A program made the position numbers and the translations under genes. Source: Vicugna vicugna (lineage: Eukaryota). From it: 64,000 nucleotides of DNA. The stretch lies in NCBI GenBank assembly GCA_013265495.1, contig MU057880.1:62001-126000 (forward strand), in the 5' to 3' direction. Below, in pieces: positions 1-14,199 of this stretch (positions are counted from its first letter, which is position 1; each line of letters opens with the position of its first letter). The notes under the pieces were generated by a model. It did not search any database. It was not told where the DNA came from and was given only the letters and a program-made list of their open reading frames with translations.

Positions 1-3000
1 ATACACATTTTTATTCCAAATACATTAACGTCAGAAACACCATCCAGCTTTGAGACTCAAAAAGTATAAATGATTGTGCTAAAGAGCCGAGACATACTTG
101 TACCCTTTATGTCCTAATCCTGCCACTTCCTTTCCACTAACTGGATGGATTCAACCAGCTTCTTAAACAACACTGCCACCTTCCTGACCTAAATATAATT
201 CCTTTCCAGCACATCAGCCCCATGTCTTAGATGAACATGTACTGATTAAAATTTAATGTGTATTCTGTCATTTTATTCATGTCTTCTTTCTCTTTAATCA
301 GTCTGTTACATTTTGATGTTTTGAGTAGGTGAATAAGAAGCTGCTTTATTAATATTTCCTAGCTCATCAAGCATTCTAAGTGCAAAGTGAATCCCAGCTT
401 GCAAATCTAAAAGAAATACAAGACAGGCTAATTGCTGGAAATAGGGTACGGAGATGGGGGCCAGTGAGGGGAGGGGATGTTTTAACTCATGTTCTAATAG
501 ATCTAAGAAGGTTGGAACCTAATTTCTGGAAAGATCAAACTATATTTATAACAATAACTAACCTTCACTAATTTCTATATACCTGAAACTTGTTAAGTTC
601 TTTAAACTGATTGTCCTTTTAAGACTCTCATAAATTCAATACTGTGGGTACTGTCTTTAGACTAGCAATCAAGACGGTGATTGTAGAGTGAGTTTTCCCA
701 ACAATGACCATGTCCCACATTTATAACCCACGATTGATGGTGATAGCCAGGGTTCCCAAGGCCTTGTGGAAACTAAATTGGAATTTGCATGATACCTGCT
801 TCTTATACCTCTTGCCTTCTATGCTTGACTTTGAACCTAGATATAAAAGGCTGAAGACACATTGTTTGAAAGGAGATGAGTTTTCCACAGACATCAGGCT
901 GCTGACAAGGCAAATCTACCAAAACCATGAACGGCAGCAAACTATAGCTTTAGCCGCTATTGGAAGGAATTCCAAATATTATTCGTTTGGAAATAAGATG
1001 ACTATTTCCATGCTATCTGTTGAATTACATATGGAAACTTGAATGCAAAGTCCTAGATGATATTAAAGTGTAAGCAGGAGGAACAGTAAGGAGCTGAATG
1101 GTGGACAAAAAGAGGTCCCAGCCACCTTGAATACAACCTTGGCGGGCTGGGTTGAGGAAGCGGAAGATCTGCGCCTTCCAGTCTCCTCTGCAGCTGAGAA
1201 CAGGCATCTCCCCTTTTCAGCACTCACTTGCCTCGGCTCTGTTTCCCTACAAAGCACATTTGGCAGATAAATGAGCTGCGGCCCAGGAAGGAGCTAAACC
1301 AATTTCTGAAGAGTATATAGTACCATGGGTTTCTGGGTTCTGAACATCACTTACCTCTCAAGATTTGGGTGTTAAGATGCAGCCAAAGAGAGTACAGAAA
1401 GGAATTATTAAAATAGAGTAAGTCTCTTGTTGGTTTTTGTTCTGTGATACAAAAGATTTTTAAGTTCAATTAGGCGTGGGAATGATAATTGTAGGATATA
1501 AATCTAGGTTCATAAAAAACAGAGATATCTTTGTATTTATCAGTTATCTACCTGGAAGCAAACAGTACATATCCAGATATGTAGCTGAAAGTCCTGTAAA
1601 TTGGGTTGCAATTCAGTGACGCCAAGATTCTTGTCCCTATAAAGACGCTTGCGTCTCCAATAGCATGCTGGCATTTTTTAACCTGGCATTTTTAAATGCA
1701 GAGATACTGTAAGTTATAATTACACTCTGAAAAAGAAGTAGATATCAATCAGAAGCAGCTCAAGAAAAAGAGTCCAAGCTCCAAGAAACCTTGCAGGTCA
1801 CTTTTTATTTCTATTTTAAGCTCATTGTTCCTTCCTAGAAACACAATCACTCACATAGATTAGCTCTGCTGTGTCACCAAGTTCAATATTACCGACTCTC
1901 AGAAGGGTTCCTCCTGTGAACTTGATCACTCAATGAAATATTTACATATTCAGTTACCAGTGTGATGGGTTTAATTAAAACTTGAGTATCTTTATTTTTT
2001 TAGCTTTTTGGTAATATTGATGGAAGTTACTAAAACATATCATACCCCAGAAACGTTGCGTAAAGACTTCACATATATTCAAGTTAAAGTGGCCCTAATA
2101 ATGTGATTTATTGACTATATACACACACATTCTAAAATTGCTTTCAAAGCCACCAGTATAAAGTTAAGTAATTATATAGGTCTCCTTAATATCTTTCTGT
2201 CCTGGATAAATTGAATTTTACCTGTCTCAGAGAAAAATGTCTTACTAAATTAAATTCATTTCTGAAAAATGAGCAAAGCAAGACTATAATGCGATTAAGT
2301 TTCTCAATTTTTAACCTTTGCATTGCACTTATTTTCTCCTAATACATGTTATCACTATCATGGAAACGTGTACCACCAAATACTCAGTTTTCTCCTTGTA
2401 TTCCTTAAAAATCTCTAAATGTGCAAGCCTATTAAAACTATAAGCCTTTGGTGGTGACCAAAAAGGAGATTTTATGTTTTAAATCACTGATGAGTGACTA
2501 GGCATCGTCTTGCAGCTTGTTCAAAACATTCATCTTCCCGGTGAAAAGAAACACAGAAAAGATAAGCCGTGAGTGATAATGGGTGACAGGAGATTTGGAG
2601 ATTACAAAGCCTGGAGTCCCTCTTGCCAACATAACTTTAAAACTCTGTCCCTCAATTACTTTTTTTAGAAAGTAGAAATACAGTCAGTCGAAAACCAATT
2701 TTTTGTGGGAAAATCTAGGCAAAATATCTATAAAGCCATTTATGTCTACAGATACTTTTATTTACTAGAGGTAACAACTTTTTGGTGATTATTATTATTT
2801 TTTTTAACGCCTCCATCTACAGCCTGGCAATTAAATTCAGAGGTCCATGCCTCTGGACTTTGCTCCACAGGAATTACGAGGAATCCTTGGGGTAAGTGTA
2901 GGAATTTAACATGTGGAAATGGTTCCAGGTACACCTGGCTACAGAGCTGTCCATTTCTGAACTCTTAAGTGCAATATCTTTCACCATTGGCTTCTAGTGG

Positions 3001-4619
3001 CCAGCTTCTTCCTAAATGGTTGTTGGTGTTGTGGGTTTTGTAGTTGTCATCATATAGAGTCAAGCCGTTAGGTACCAATTGGGTACCAACTAATTGTGTT
3101 GGTGTGTGTTTGTTCTCTCTAATCTTAACAACGGATTGCCAAGGAGGTACTATTATTCCCACTTTACTGATGTTACCAAAGCGCAAAGAAAATAACAAAA
3201 TTACCCAAGACACAGTCTCCGGGCAGCACAGTGCAACGCACCCTGCCTTTGCACTTCACTGTTTCCAACACATCTTATTGAGTTATTGACACATTCGTAA
3301 TGCTCCAACATAGGTGGACCCAAAAGAGATTTATTTTGTCATTCTGATTAAATTTTTTTTAATTTTGAAATAATCACCCATGAGCCCATAACGCCATCCC
3401 TTGGTGAATCAAAGCCATCTCCTCTGTGGTAGGCATGGATCTAGTTAATCTCTCAGCAGCACAGCAGTCTAAACTATGCCCTGTTGCTACAGCAGAACGA
3501 ATGCAGACCTTGAGGATAAATAATAATATACTTCAGCAAGGACAAGATAGAGTATTAACTGATTTTATGATTGTACTTTTCTGGAACATATAGACATGGA
3601 TTAAAGGGAAGAGGTGTTGAGTCTTAGTAAATGGGTCCCTGCTCTTTGAAATCCAGCACTGCTGTGTTTCAGCCAAAGCGGAGTGTAAAATGGATTCCAG
3701 TTTGTCTCCCAGTCTGGTGAGAGCCATTGTCAGCCCTCCAAAAAGCCACATACCAATCACTTCCCACATTCATTTTCACACATACACCCTCTAATTGATG
3801 ATCTGTCAGCAGCATCGAACTCCCTCTGTCAAGATCTGTGAGTTTTATAAGAGCAGTCAGAGATTTGTTTATTTTTTTCTAAGGAGACCAGCTTCAACTT
3901 GGCTGATAATGTGTTTTCTTTTGAAAATGAGCAGACAGGCTGCTGGAATCACCCCAAAACCCACACCAACTGACAGTTACTGCTTGTTAGGTCCATGTTG
4001 TCTATGTAGCAAGTTTAGCTTCATGCCCATCTCAGGCAAGTAACAAACAGTTGCAGAAACAGTGGCGGTGGGGACAGAGGGCTGTAGGAAAAGGATGTCA
4101 CAAAAATAAGAAAAATCCTACCTATAGAATGAGGATTTTGAGGCAATAGTAACTGCAAAGAAAATAGGTGGAGAAGGAGCTCTTACAAGATATCACTGAG
4201 GCAAGTCAAAGAGTCACAGAAAAGAAAGAGAATTTCCCTGAAGAAAGCTATTCAGAGAATCATATTTAAAGGTTTCCGTCCAAAGAAGAAAGGAGACAAT
4301 ATTTAGGGACTGATCTTGTGATTAAGCCATAGAGCCTCAGAATCCTTCTGAGCACTTTATTCCTGGAAACCATGTTGAATTGATCATGGTTAGTACTCAA
4401 AGTACCCACTGCCACATTCTCTCTCTCCTGCCTGGCCCTCTTTTGCCTGAAGTAGACATACAACCACTGTGCTCCCACTCCCCACCTAACTAAAATTTAC
4501 TTGTATGTGCACAGCTATAAAACCTTAACCATCATCCTTCAATAGCAAGTACATAAAAGGTCATATGTCTAATTATCTTTGCCCTGACACATGACTTCAT
4601 CAGTTCTGACTACAGATGC

Positions 4620-5236
4620 TGTTGTCAAACCAACCTTGGTTCTGCTTATCCAACCTGAAGCAAAGCCAATCTATTAACACTGGGTTGTGGTGAAGGAAAG
4701 TACAGTGTTTATTGCAGGTGCCAAGCAAGGAGAATGGGCAGCTCATGCTCCAAAGACCTGAAATCCTCTGATGGCTTTCAAGGAAGGCTTTTTAAAGACA
4801 ATGTTGGGTAGAGAGTCGTGGGGTGCGTGATCAGCTCTTGGATGATGGTGAGGTAACAGAGTGATGCTTTGAGAATCTCAGTCATCCACTTTCTGTTTCC
4901 AGCCCATCTGGGTGCCCGTGGTGATCATGCAGTTAGCTTCCTCTGCCTGGTAGGGGTTTTAGTACCTGCAAAATGACTCAAGGATACAACTCAGGGTATT
5001 ATCTCTAGCCCTTGAAGAGGAACTAAAAGTCCTTGACTGTTTTATGACTAAACTATTATTATTTTGTCTCACTTGACTCTTCTCCTTCGTTTCTGCATTT
5101 TCTCACCTCTCTGATTAAATTTACTCTTTGGAACTCGGGGAAGGCCTAGGAGGCTAAAGCTTTTCTTCAAAGAAGAGGCGGGAGACACAGGGGTGTCTGT
5201 CCCCAGGAAGGCCCTGCAGGGTCCTGATCAGTTTCA
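4620..5236 (-). mobile_element. Solo LTR, ERV1-type (copy 1 of 3)
   Basis: TG...CA termini. The 4-bp flanks are ATGC/AGGC (3/4). It aligns by eye with 45164-45916 and with the reverse complement of 61339-61945. Confidence 0.8.
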
Positions 5237-8200
5237 AGGCTGCAGTTTCCATTACTCAGTCTTGCAGAACTCCCTCTTTCTCTCGTGTTCTGCTGCTCAT
5301 TTGACAACCGTGACATTTTATATAGTCTAAGTGATACCAAAATGAATTTCCAAGGAAGTCTTAGAAGAGCATAAGAAATTATAAAGTGTCACTGTGAAAT
5401 CTGAGGGAGTGCTGCACATGTTTCCAAAGTGGAGGAGGGACCCCACCATTCTCTGCTAACAGCGGGAATCTGTGAAGACTATTTTATGTACATCAATGTT
5501 ATGCAATTTTTAGGCATCACTTGTAAGGCTCCATTCTTTGCCATTGACTATGGATTCCCACAATCCTATGACTTCGCTCTTTTCCCAAACCCTTCCTCAT
5601 CCCAGCAACTCTTACAAGCTGAGTTACTTCGACTCAGGCAATTATCCTCTTTGCACTAGACTTTTCTCCTTTGAAAAATGAGGCATTTAAGGTAAATGTC
5701 CTGCTATGCCCTGGTCAGACCTGAAGTTCTCTATAAAACAGAAAATTAGCAAAATATTTTCTGTATTTCTGTGTGATATTTCTAGATATTTATGCACAAG
5801 CAAGACCTAACAGAATCTAAGTTGGGTGAAGAGTAAATATATGCTTCTTTGCCAAAAACCTTAATCAAATATTCTAAGTAACCAGATCACAGCAAGGCCA
5901 GGAGGACATTTCTGTGTTTGTTTCATCAGTGGATGCTGCAGACAGAGCACCAGGGTCCAGGGCTAATTTAACATAAGAAACAGAGCCCAAGGTGACCAAT
6001 AGAAACTATTGGAATAAGCATATTGCAGTTCCTGAAAGGGTACAGAAGGGCTTGATTCAGGGATATTTGGGCTCAGCTGAAACTTTCTCTAAATGGCTAC
6101 CATTCTAAAAAAAAAATTAAAAATGCCTTTTAGCTTTTAAAAATCCTTAAATTCACTTTGGCACTCTACATATTGGTCTCATCTACACTGGTTAGTGCTT
6201 TCAAGCCCAGCATACTTTCTCCCAAACAAGTTGGCCATGAATAAATCCTCTAATAAAGAATTGTCTAAATGCCAACGTGATTTAAAATGAAGATCAATAT
6301 AGAAAATGCAGCCCCGAGCACCTAGGTTTTGAGATTAGTTGGCAAAGACTGATTTAATACAACTGTGGAAAGTGAGACTGTTCTGCCTTCGAGTCCCATT
6401 TTGCTTGCAGCCAAGAGAAGGCACAGAGGGATTATGTAATTAGCCCAAAGTCACACAGCCAATCAGTGTCAGAGCTGAGATGGCTTGTGTTTAGATGCCA
6501 CAGGGCTGGCATGTCTGACATCGTCATTATTTACTGCTGATTTCATTCCCCCGCCAGCCTTCCTAGATAGCCCCAGTGTTGCACACCAGAATGGCTAGGT
6601 CTTGGTCAAGAAGCAGCCCGTGTTGCTACAGCTATTGCTCTGTGTACCTGTTCTCTTTGACACTCCAGGGACAAAGAGGAAGTTTTCACTATCGTTGGTT
6701 TGCTCCTTTGCTGGATGCTGTGTTGTTAGGTGAAGAGAAAGGCAAGATCAGGAGTAAGGATGCAATCATTTGAATCCCGGCTCCGTCTGGGGCTTCGGGC
6801 CAGGTCCTTCATCTTAGAAACATTCCCACATAAAAGGAAACTCAGAATGCCCATTTTAGCAGTGACTGAAACAAACCCATCTATTTTGTAATGTTAAATT
6901 GGAAAGGATTTATCAAGGTTATACGATTTCCAATGATCAATTTTGTTGTTAGTATTCAGCTCCTTTAATACAATATTGACAAGCAAAACAATGATTTGAA
7001 TTCTTCAAAGAATTTCAAGTCATTGAAGCAACCTCTGCATATGGATTCACTGAATCCTACTCCTCTTTTTTTTTTCTTAAGAAATAAAGCATTCTTGCAA
7101 AGACACCGCATAAAAATGTATTTGCTTCAATTTATAAGAAAGAGTTTTGCTACTAATGTGCCAAAAAAGTATATGAGACAGCACTCAGAAGTAGACAAAG
7201 ATTTATTACCAAAAAGAAAGAGGTTTTGGTTTGGGTGTTTTCATTTTCACATATGAGTCAAAGTGCTTTTGGCCTTCTAAATCAGAAGTGCTAATAAAAG
7301 ATGGAAAATCTTTGCTTTTATGACGATGACAGCACTTTAGCAAAACACTCCTCCTGGATGCTTGCTGAGGTGAAAATTCTTCTCTTTACGTCTCTAAACA
7401 TGGTTTTAGATCTCTCTGCTTATTTGCAGATGTTGAGTTCATTTATTTTTTATGATTCATAAAAAATGGATGGAAGCGTAAAACCCCTGCATTCAATTCT
7501 TCCATCTAAATGGACTCCTTTGCTGTCTGCTCTGTCTGTGAAAATCAGCCGGCCACCTGCGGTGAATATTTACAAAGAAGCAGTTCATCAGATCAACAGG
7601 AAATGGGTCCTTTGCAGGGTTCCACTGCAAAAGAAGACTTGACTCTCTACCAGCTTGTCAGAGCAAGAAAGCCGTGAGTGTCTTTGTTTTTAGGTGCAGT
7701 GACAGGACCACAAGGACAAAGAACTGCAGGTGGTAGAAAGAGAATTCTTGAAGGATGACTAGATTATGAAAGTGAAATCTGCTCCTAATGTTTAGACTCT
7801 CCCTCTGCCAAGAATACAAATGTGTGTGTCTTTCCCCGGACCTCAGTGCTAGTCTCTTCTTTCTTTCTCCTTTCATGGGTCCTTTTCATGAATAAGATAA
7901 CAGAGGTCAGGAGAGGAGGGTGAAGGAAGAGGTATATTTTATTGCTTTTTTTTTTTTAAGAAAAGTCCTGATAGTCCTACCCACTCTGGCCAATATCTAT
8001 TTGTCCAGCTGCGAAACACAGGATGTACTCACTCCAGTGAGTGAATTTATAGTTACAGCAAATGCACTTTTCTTCTTGCGCTCTTGTGGAGCAACCGTTA
8101 TCAAATGAGCACTCAGGGCTTTCAACAAGACAGATAAGTGCCTCCCGTTCCCCAGTTACATGCGAGTAGGCAGAGAGCGGAGAGCCAGCAGGCCGGATGA

Positions 8201-9804
8201 CAATCTGAAAGGACGATTTAGAGTCAGGTCCCACTGCCAAGGGCTCCAGGGTCATTTGTAAGTGAACTTGCTACCAGGTAGCCATAATGGTTTTTCATTT
8301 TCTATCAGATATTTCCGGGCAGATTGCAAAAGAAGTAATGGTCTTCAGGGGCGTATTTCTACTTGGCAGACAGAGTCTAACATCGATGTTGAGTATAGTA
8401 ACTACTCAGCTGGTTTTTTAATCAAATCAGTACAAATTTCTTCTACCCAACTTTCCAGCTTCAGTGATTTTCTTACCCTGCTCTTAACTGACCTCAGTGT
8501 ATAATTTCGGGACTATGGTTCACAGAATTGGGTGTCTTAAGAAAAGACCAATTCTGGTCCATGCCAAATTATTAGTTAATGTACTGATTGGAACGAAGTT
8601 ATATCAAAAGTGATGAGCTCAAACTAGGAAACAGGTATATGGTTAGTCACCTAGTTTTTTTACGTGTGTGTTCATATATGTGTATATGCATACACATACA
8701 TACACATATTACATATAGTATGTATTTACATGTTATATATACATTGAACACATTTATATAAACTTCCCCAAGGCCATGTCCCTCTTTCCTCACAAGGAAA
8801 GCAAGCAACCCCAGCTGGAGTACTTCCCCCTTCTACACAAACTGTTTCTTGCTTCAACTTTGCTTCTTCAATCTTTGCGTTGAGAGAGTTTCCATCTTAC
8901 CTTCGTGGACCATGTTAATAACACATAACCGAAAGGCATATTTGATCTGTTTCATGCTCTCCTGTCCACTTTTGAAATGTCATTTTACTTCTGCCTTTTC
9001 TGTAAAAAGCAGTTGTTTTTCTCATCTATTTTTCTGCTCAAGAGAGGTTGCAGCTTTCTACAGAAGACCAAGGCCGACTGAATCATCAGCAAGGAACTGG
9101 GCAAGGGGCATATATGAGATTGCTGGAGTTTTTTTTAATACAAAGGAATTCTGAGTTTTGGGAAGTGCCAGGGCCCAGTACCACTTTCTAACTTTTTCAG
9201 AACTAAATGTATATGCTATTAACACTAATATTTCAACCTTGATTACCAGTCATAAAAATGGCTTGCGTATGCAGAGGAAGAAAGACTTGGCTTTCGTAGA
9301 AGAGTAAGTCACCACATGTGGTTGATAATGGCTTCAAGTGGACCAAGCATATTATTTGTAGTATTTTCCACTAGCAAGAGGACAGACGTTCAAGGATACA
9401 CGTGGTCCACATTCCACTCCAATCAGTATATGGTGGATACATCCTAAAAGCCCAGGATGGTGTAGTGTTCTCCATCACTCATACCCAGAAAGTCACTGGG
9501 GTTGTGCCTTTTATTAGCAATGACTGGTTCGAGGTCAACTGCAGTTGTGAGAGCTCACACTGGATACATTATATTGAGTCACAGAGAAGCTGGTTTCCAC
9601 AGGGAGCCCTCAAACCACTATTGCAGACCCATCATAACTCACTGACAAGAGTTCAAGTAGTTTGATTTGATCTTGAAAATAAGAAGAACTTGGGAACACA
9701 AAGTGGTTTATGGTTCCGATGGAGTTTTTCCAGTTTTATCCACCAACTCAATACCAAACCTCACTTCAGATACCAGAGACATCTACCTTTCTGGCACTAG
9801 CTTT

Positions 9805-9879
9805 TTTTGATAAAGTTCTAAGTTGCAGATTTTCCTCTGGAGTTTATAGGAAAATCTGCAACTTAGAACTTTATCAAAA
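9805..9879. repeat. Perfect 32-bp inverted repeat with an 11-nt spacer
   Basis: 9805-9836 TTTTGATAAAGTTCTAAGTTGCAGATTTTCCT is the exact reverse complement of 9848-9879. Confidence 0.95.
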
Positions 9880-10319
9880 TTGGTTAAGAGCATGAGTTTT
9901 GATGTGAATAAATACTACCTTTGTAGTTTCTAAATGAGGTAACTTTAGTCATTTTTCAACTTGCTTATAAAGCATGTACCAAAATATGGGCCATCATGTA
10001 TACTCACTACATGGTAGCTCTTATAATACTGCTTGAATAGATTTGCTTTAAATACCCCTAGTCCAATAGCTGCAATACTAAAAAATGCAAGTCAGAACAG
10101 TGAGATTTTGAGATGTAGTTAAGGACTGTCTGTAGTTTTAGAAGGGAACACATCTTATCAGGACGTCTTCGATCTTCTTGTGAAAAGGAACTCTAAACTT
10201 ACTCCGAAAGAAGTCTCCATTTTATTGATCTTTTCTTCTTCATCACTGCCCTCCACTGAACGCTCAGTAGGTGCTCATACACATTATCTTCTTTAATAAA
10301 GTGACAAAGTAATAAAGTG

Positions 10320-10450
10320 ACCTCACAGTAAAGTGATCAAGCAGGTAATTTTACTCATTTTACATATGAGAAAATTGACACTTAGGAAGTTAGCTAACTT
10401 GTTTAGGAAAACACAGGTATTAAGAAAGAGGGTAAAGATTTAAAACCAAA
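10320..10450 (-). mobile_element. MIR SINE fragment
   Basis: Reverse MIR core: CTCATTTTACATATGAGAAAATTGACACTTAGGAAGTTAGCTAACTTG. Confidence 0.6.
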
Positions 10451-10492
10451 CATTCCTCAACCAAAGACCAAACATTTTAACTATATAATATA

Positions 10493-10797
10493 CAACCATT
10501 TCATGGTATCCGTGAGGGATTGGTTTCTTACCAGCCCTCCCCAATATCAAAAGCCACAGACGCCCAAGTCTCTTATATGAGTGAAACGCTGCAGTGTTAG
10601 ATTACCTGTAATACCTCATACAAACTGCACACATCCTCCCATATATTTTAAATCACCTCTAGATTACCTATAATGCCTGACACAATGCAAATGCTATGTA
10701 AATAGTTGCTGCCACACAGTAAATTCAAGTTTCGTGTTTTGGAACTTCCTGTTTGTTTGTTTTTTTCCCCAAAAATGCGGATATAGGGGGCTGATGG
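10493..10797 (+). mobile_element. MER2-like Tigger (Tc1/mariner) non-autonomous DNA transposon
   Basis: GGTATCCGTGAGGGATTGGTT at the start, CACATCCTCCCATATATTTTAAATCACCTCTAGATTAC internally, and GCGGATATAGGGGGCTGA at the end. TA dinucleotides flank both sides. Confidence 0.8.
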
Positions 10798-11077
10798 TAC
10801 TTTAGCTTATGGTGTGTTGCATATCGTGAGAGAGCAGAAAGTAACTTACTGAAGACAACTTTAGATCTTTCTTGCTTAAAGGATGATGACTCTACCTTTT
10901 TTTTTTCATTGTCAAGGATTTTACTATCAATCATCCGTGATTTCTTTTGTGTGGAACACGTGTGTCAAGAGGAAAAAAAAAAAATATAAGGGCATTCCTT
11001 CTCCCAGCACCATTTTTTTCTTTCAGGAACTGGAACATGCTAACCAGCCATCTGTGAGAAATACCCATGTTCTGAAA

Positions 11078-11096
11078 CGCTGCCATCTTGTGGTGG
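11078..11096 (-). promoter_or_regulatory. Candidate CTCF site
   Basis: The minus strand reads CCACCACAAGATGGCAGCG, close to the core CCASYAGRKGGCRS. TGCCATAGC lies upstream at a spacing like the CTCF upstream module. Confidence 0.5.
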
Positions 11097-12649
11097 CATC
11101 ACGCTATGGCAGCTCATAAAACAAGCATCAAGTCTGAGATGTCACATGTTCATCAGTGTCTTCTCCGCATTTGGCTAAGTCGCAGTCGGAGATGGAGGGC
11201 CTGTTCAGTTTCCTGATGTCACTGAAGGCACTGAACTGCACGTGGCTTATTTGTGAGTTTTGGATTATGTTTAGTTGAGGAAAAGTAAGGAGGCAGGAGA
11301 AAACGCGCACTCCGCTTTTTGTCAACTTTCACTGCAACAACAAACAGGAGGCAGACGATTCTGATGAGGCCCTGCGTCATTTGTAGACCCGTAATTCTTC
11401 TTTATAGGTAACAGAAATGCTGTGCTTTCAGAATCAGGCAGCTTTCCTTTCTGTCACAGACAAGCCTTCTCTACTACCTTATTGATTCGCCCAGCCAATT
11501 AATCCATTGATCTTTTCCACGTCTATAAAAACAACAGCAACAAAAAAGCATGCATATCCAATAGAAAAATAGGGTAGAGATGACAAGTCAGCTACAAATA
11601 AGATAATTAACAAAAAATGATACCTACTGATATCTGCACTTTCTCAGTAGCTTCTTTTTTTTCATGTTTTTCCAACTGAATAGTCCGCAGTATGTTTCTG
11701 AAGCATAGCAAAATCCATGAAAATGATAAAAGAAGCTCCTTAGTAAGAGATGGAACTGCGGAAGAAATAAGAGAGTTTTTATTTGTGTACATTTGGCTTC
11801 CAGCTCAAAGTTTATGGTTTCCTTCCCCCATTCAGTTGACACATTGCTACAACCCAGGCTGAAAGATCTGATCTACCACCACGTGTGAATTGTGAAGACC
11901 AAGACATTTGAAACTTTTCCTGGATTTATGACCTAGAAAAGCAAAAATAGAGCAGGACAAAGAAATAAATGGAACTATAAAGCAGATTTGAATCTATCTT
12001 GCAGGAAAAAAAGGGCATGAACTAAAACAGTTAGAAGATTCTAGAAGTTAAGAATTTATTCTGTGCAATGGCAACTGACCGAGTGGGTTAAGTGAATGAG
12101 GGTGTTGATTCATTTCTGACTAACTGGCTGCTAGGTCTATTCTGCAGCTTTGCTTAAGGAAGATAGTGGGGTGGGCCAAAGGTTTCAAAAAAGGCTTCAT
12201 TTAAATTTCAGTCTGAGTCACACATGTAAATTGCAAGGCAAAGATCACAGTGTAAGGGAAAAATTTGACTCTTATTCTCGGAAGCTGTACCGTCTTAATG
12301 ATCCTTAATGGTTAAATATCACGCTAAGAGCTCTCACATTTTTAGGCTGAAACAACCCTGGAGGCATATATGTCAATTTTGTAGTAATTATTCGTCTTGT
12401 GGAGGAAACCCTGCATTATATGAAACATCAAAACCTAAATAGACTTTTAATTGTTCAGTCACAGAGATCTTCTACTGAGTTATCATCTCAAAATGATAGG
12501 CTATTAGCAAATAACTAGCTTTCCTAGCACGAAACACCCACCAGTTAGAAAGGCGAGTGGAGCCAAGAAACAAGTCATGCCTGACCTAAAGCAGCACCAA
12601 AGGAACTGACGGGGAAGTCCTGGAAGAGGAATTCCGTACAGGTAGCGTC

Positions 12650-12935
12650 TTGGAATATCGGTGATTAATTGGACCTGGGGGCAGGAATGTGGACTCGTAG
12701 AGGAGTGTAGGGTGACTCTCTCAACTCCAGCCTAGGCAATCAGGCAGGTGGTGATTGTATTTTCTGAATTAGGGCACACAAATTGAACCAGATTGGGAAT
12801 TTAGGAACACGCTGTGTCTGAACCACCTGCGTGACAAATGGATGTGAAGGCGGGGAGTGGGGAGCTCTGTGTATCACTCAGGAGCTCAGAAGGAGAGTCA
12901 GAGCTTAAGACAAGGATTTGAAGTCATTAGCACAG
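12650..12935 (-). mobile_element. L2 LINE fragment
   Basis: Degenerate purine-rich reverse L2-like sequence (...GATTTGAAGTCATTAGCACAG). Confidence 0.45.
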
Positions 12936-14199
12936 GAGCAATACCTGCTCACCTTTATAAATGTGTCCTCTAATACTATTCCAGATATATACCAGGTGTT
13001 TATTAAATGTCAGACAACAAACAAATGAATCAATAAAAAGACTACGTCAATTAATGAACTGCCACACTTTCCATAATGAGTCATTAAACAAAAAAATTCT
13101 CTTTCCAAATTTTCATGGACTATGAGGTTAGTGTTCAACTACTCGAGATAGTCACAGTTTATTCAATGCCCAGAATGCCGAGAAACAAAACAAAAATAAA
13201 TAATTAAAGGGAAACACTGTGGTAGGGGCGGCAGAAAAATTCAGAGATTTTAAAACAAAACAAAACAAAACAAAACAAAATGTGAGCAGAACCGTAGCAG
13301 ATTCATACATTAAAGGAGAGTAACCCAGATTGCACCCTGGAAAGACCAAATTATATTCTTTTAGGACCTACTTGTTACACATTTAGTTTCTCCTGACAGT
13401 GAGCATTGAATCTGATGAATTTTTGATACAGAAGATTTGCCTGGTGGGATGTAGGATGGGTGAATGATGGGTTATAGTTCTTCCAAGTGCTTCAGGGTTA
13501 GAGCCCAGTAACTGTCCATCATCACCCAGTTTTGCAGAAACCAACCTTTACCTCCCTACCTTAAAACAGTTATAAAGCTTCAAATATCTACATGGTGCTC
13601 TTTTAATTAGCAGTGGGATTATTTCTCGTTCCAGGAATGGACAACATTAACGTTTCCATACTGCTGAGACAATAGCTCAAAGATTGACTGGTAGATGAGA
13701 TATCCAAGATGCAGGTCCAGGAACTTGTCTCAGTCTCAAAACTGGGACTCAAGGTACTCCATTGTCTTAGTTCCCAAGTGGCCACCTGTTTGCAAATGTT
13801 CTTGGAGATACACTAACTCTCTCCAGACACAAGGGCACAACTGCTTTTCAGTATGAGCTGATTTTCAGTCCTGGCTATTCGTTCTTATATTATTACCTCA
13901 GAACCACTCAGGTAAGACTGAAATCACTGGTCATTCTCTGCAATAATCTTGTCTGCCCCTTTGATGGTTCTAATGCCAGCACACTGAAGCTCAGCCCTCA
14001 GCGTTCATTAAAAACACTGTATTAAAGAAAAGCAGGACTTCTCCACCGTTATTTTTAACGCCGTATCCATTCAAGTCATTCTGAACTCCAAGCAAAATGC
14101 CACATATCAGTGTCTTGTTTATCCAGAGCCGAGCAAATTTGTCAATAGTGATTTTCGTCACAGCTGCCAGAGTAATCATTCACTCCCCTGATGGAAACA

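Noticed and set aside
1355..1551. Minus-strand acceptor/donor pair (TTCCAG...GAG/GTAAGT)
   Set aside because: AT-rich interval with no convincing reading frame; such site pairs occur by chance.
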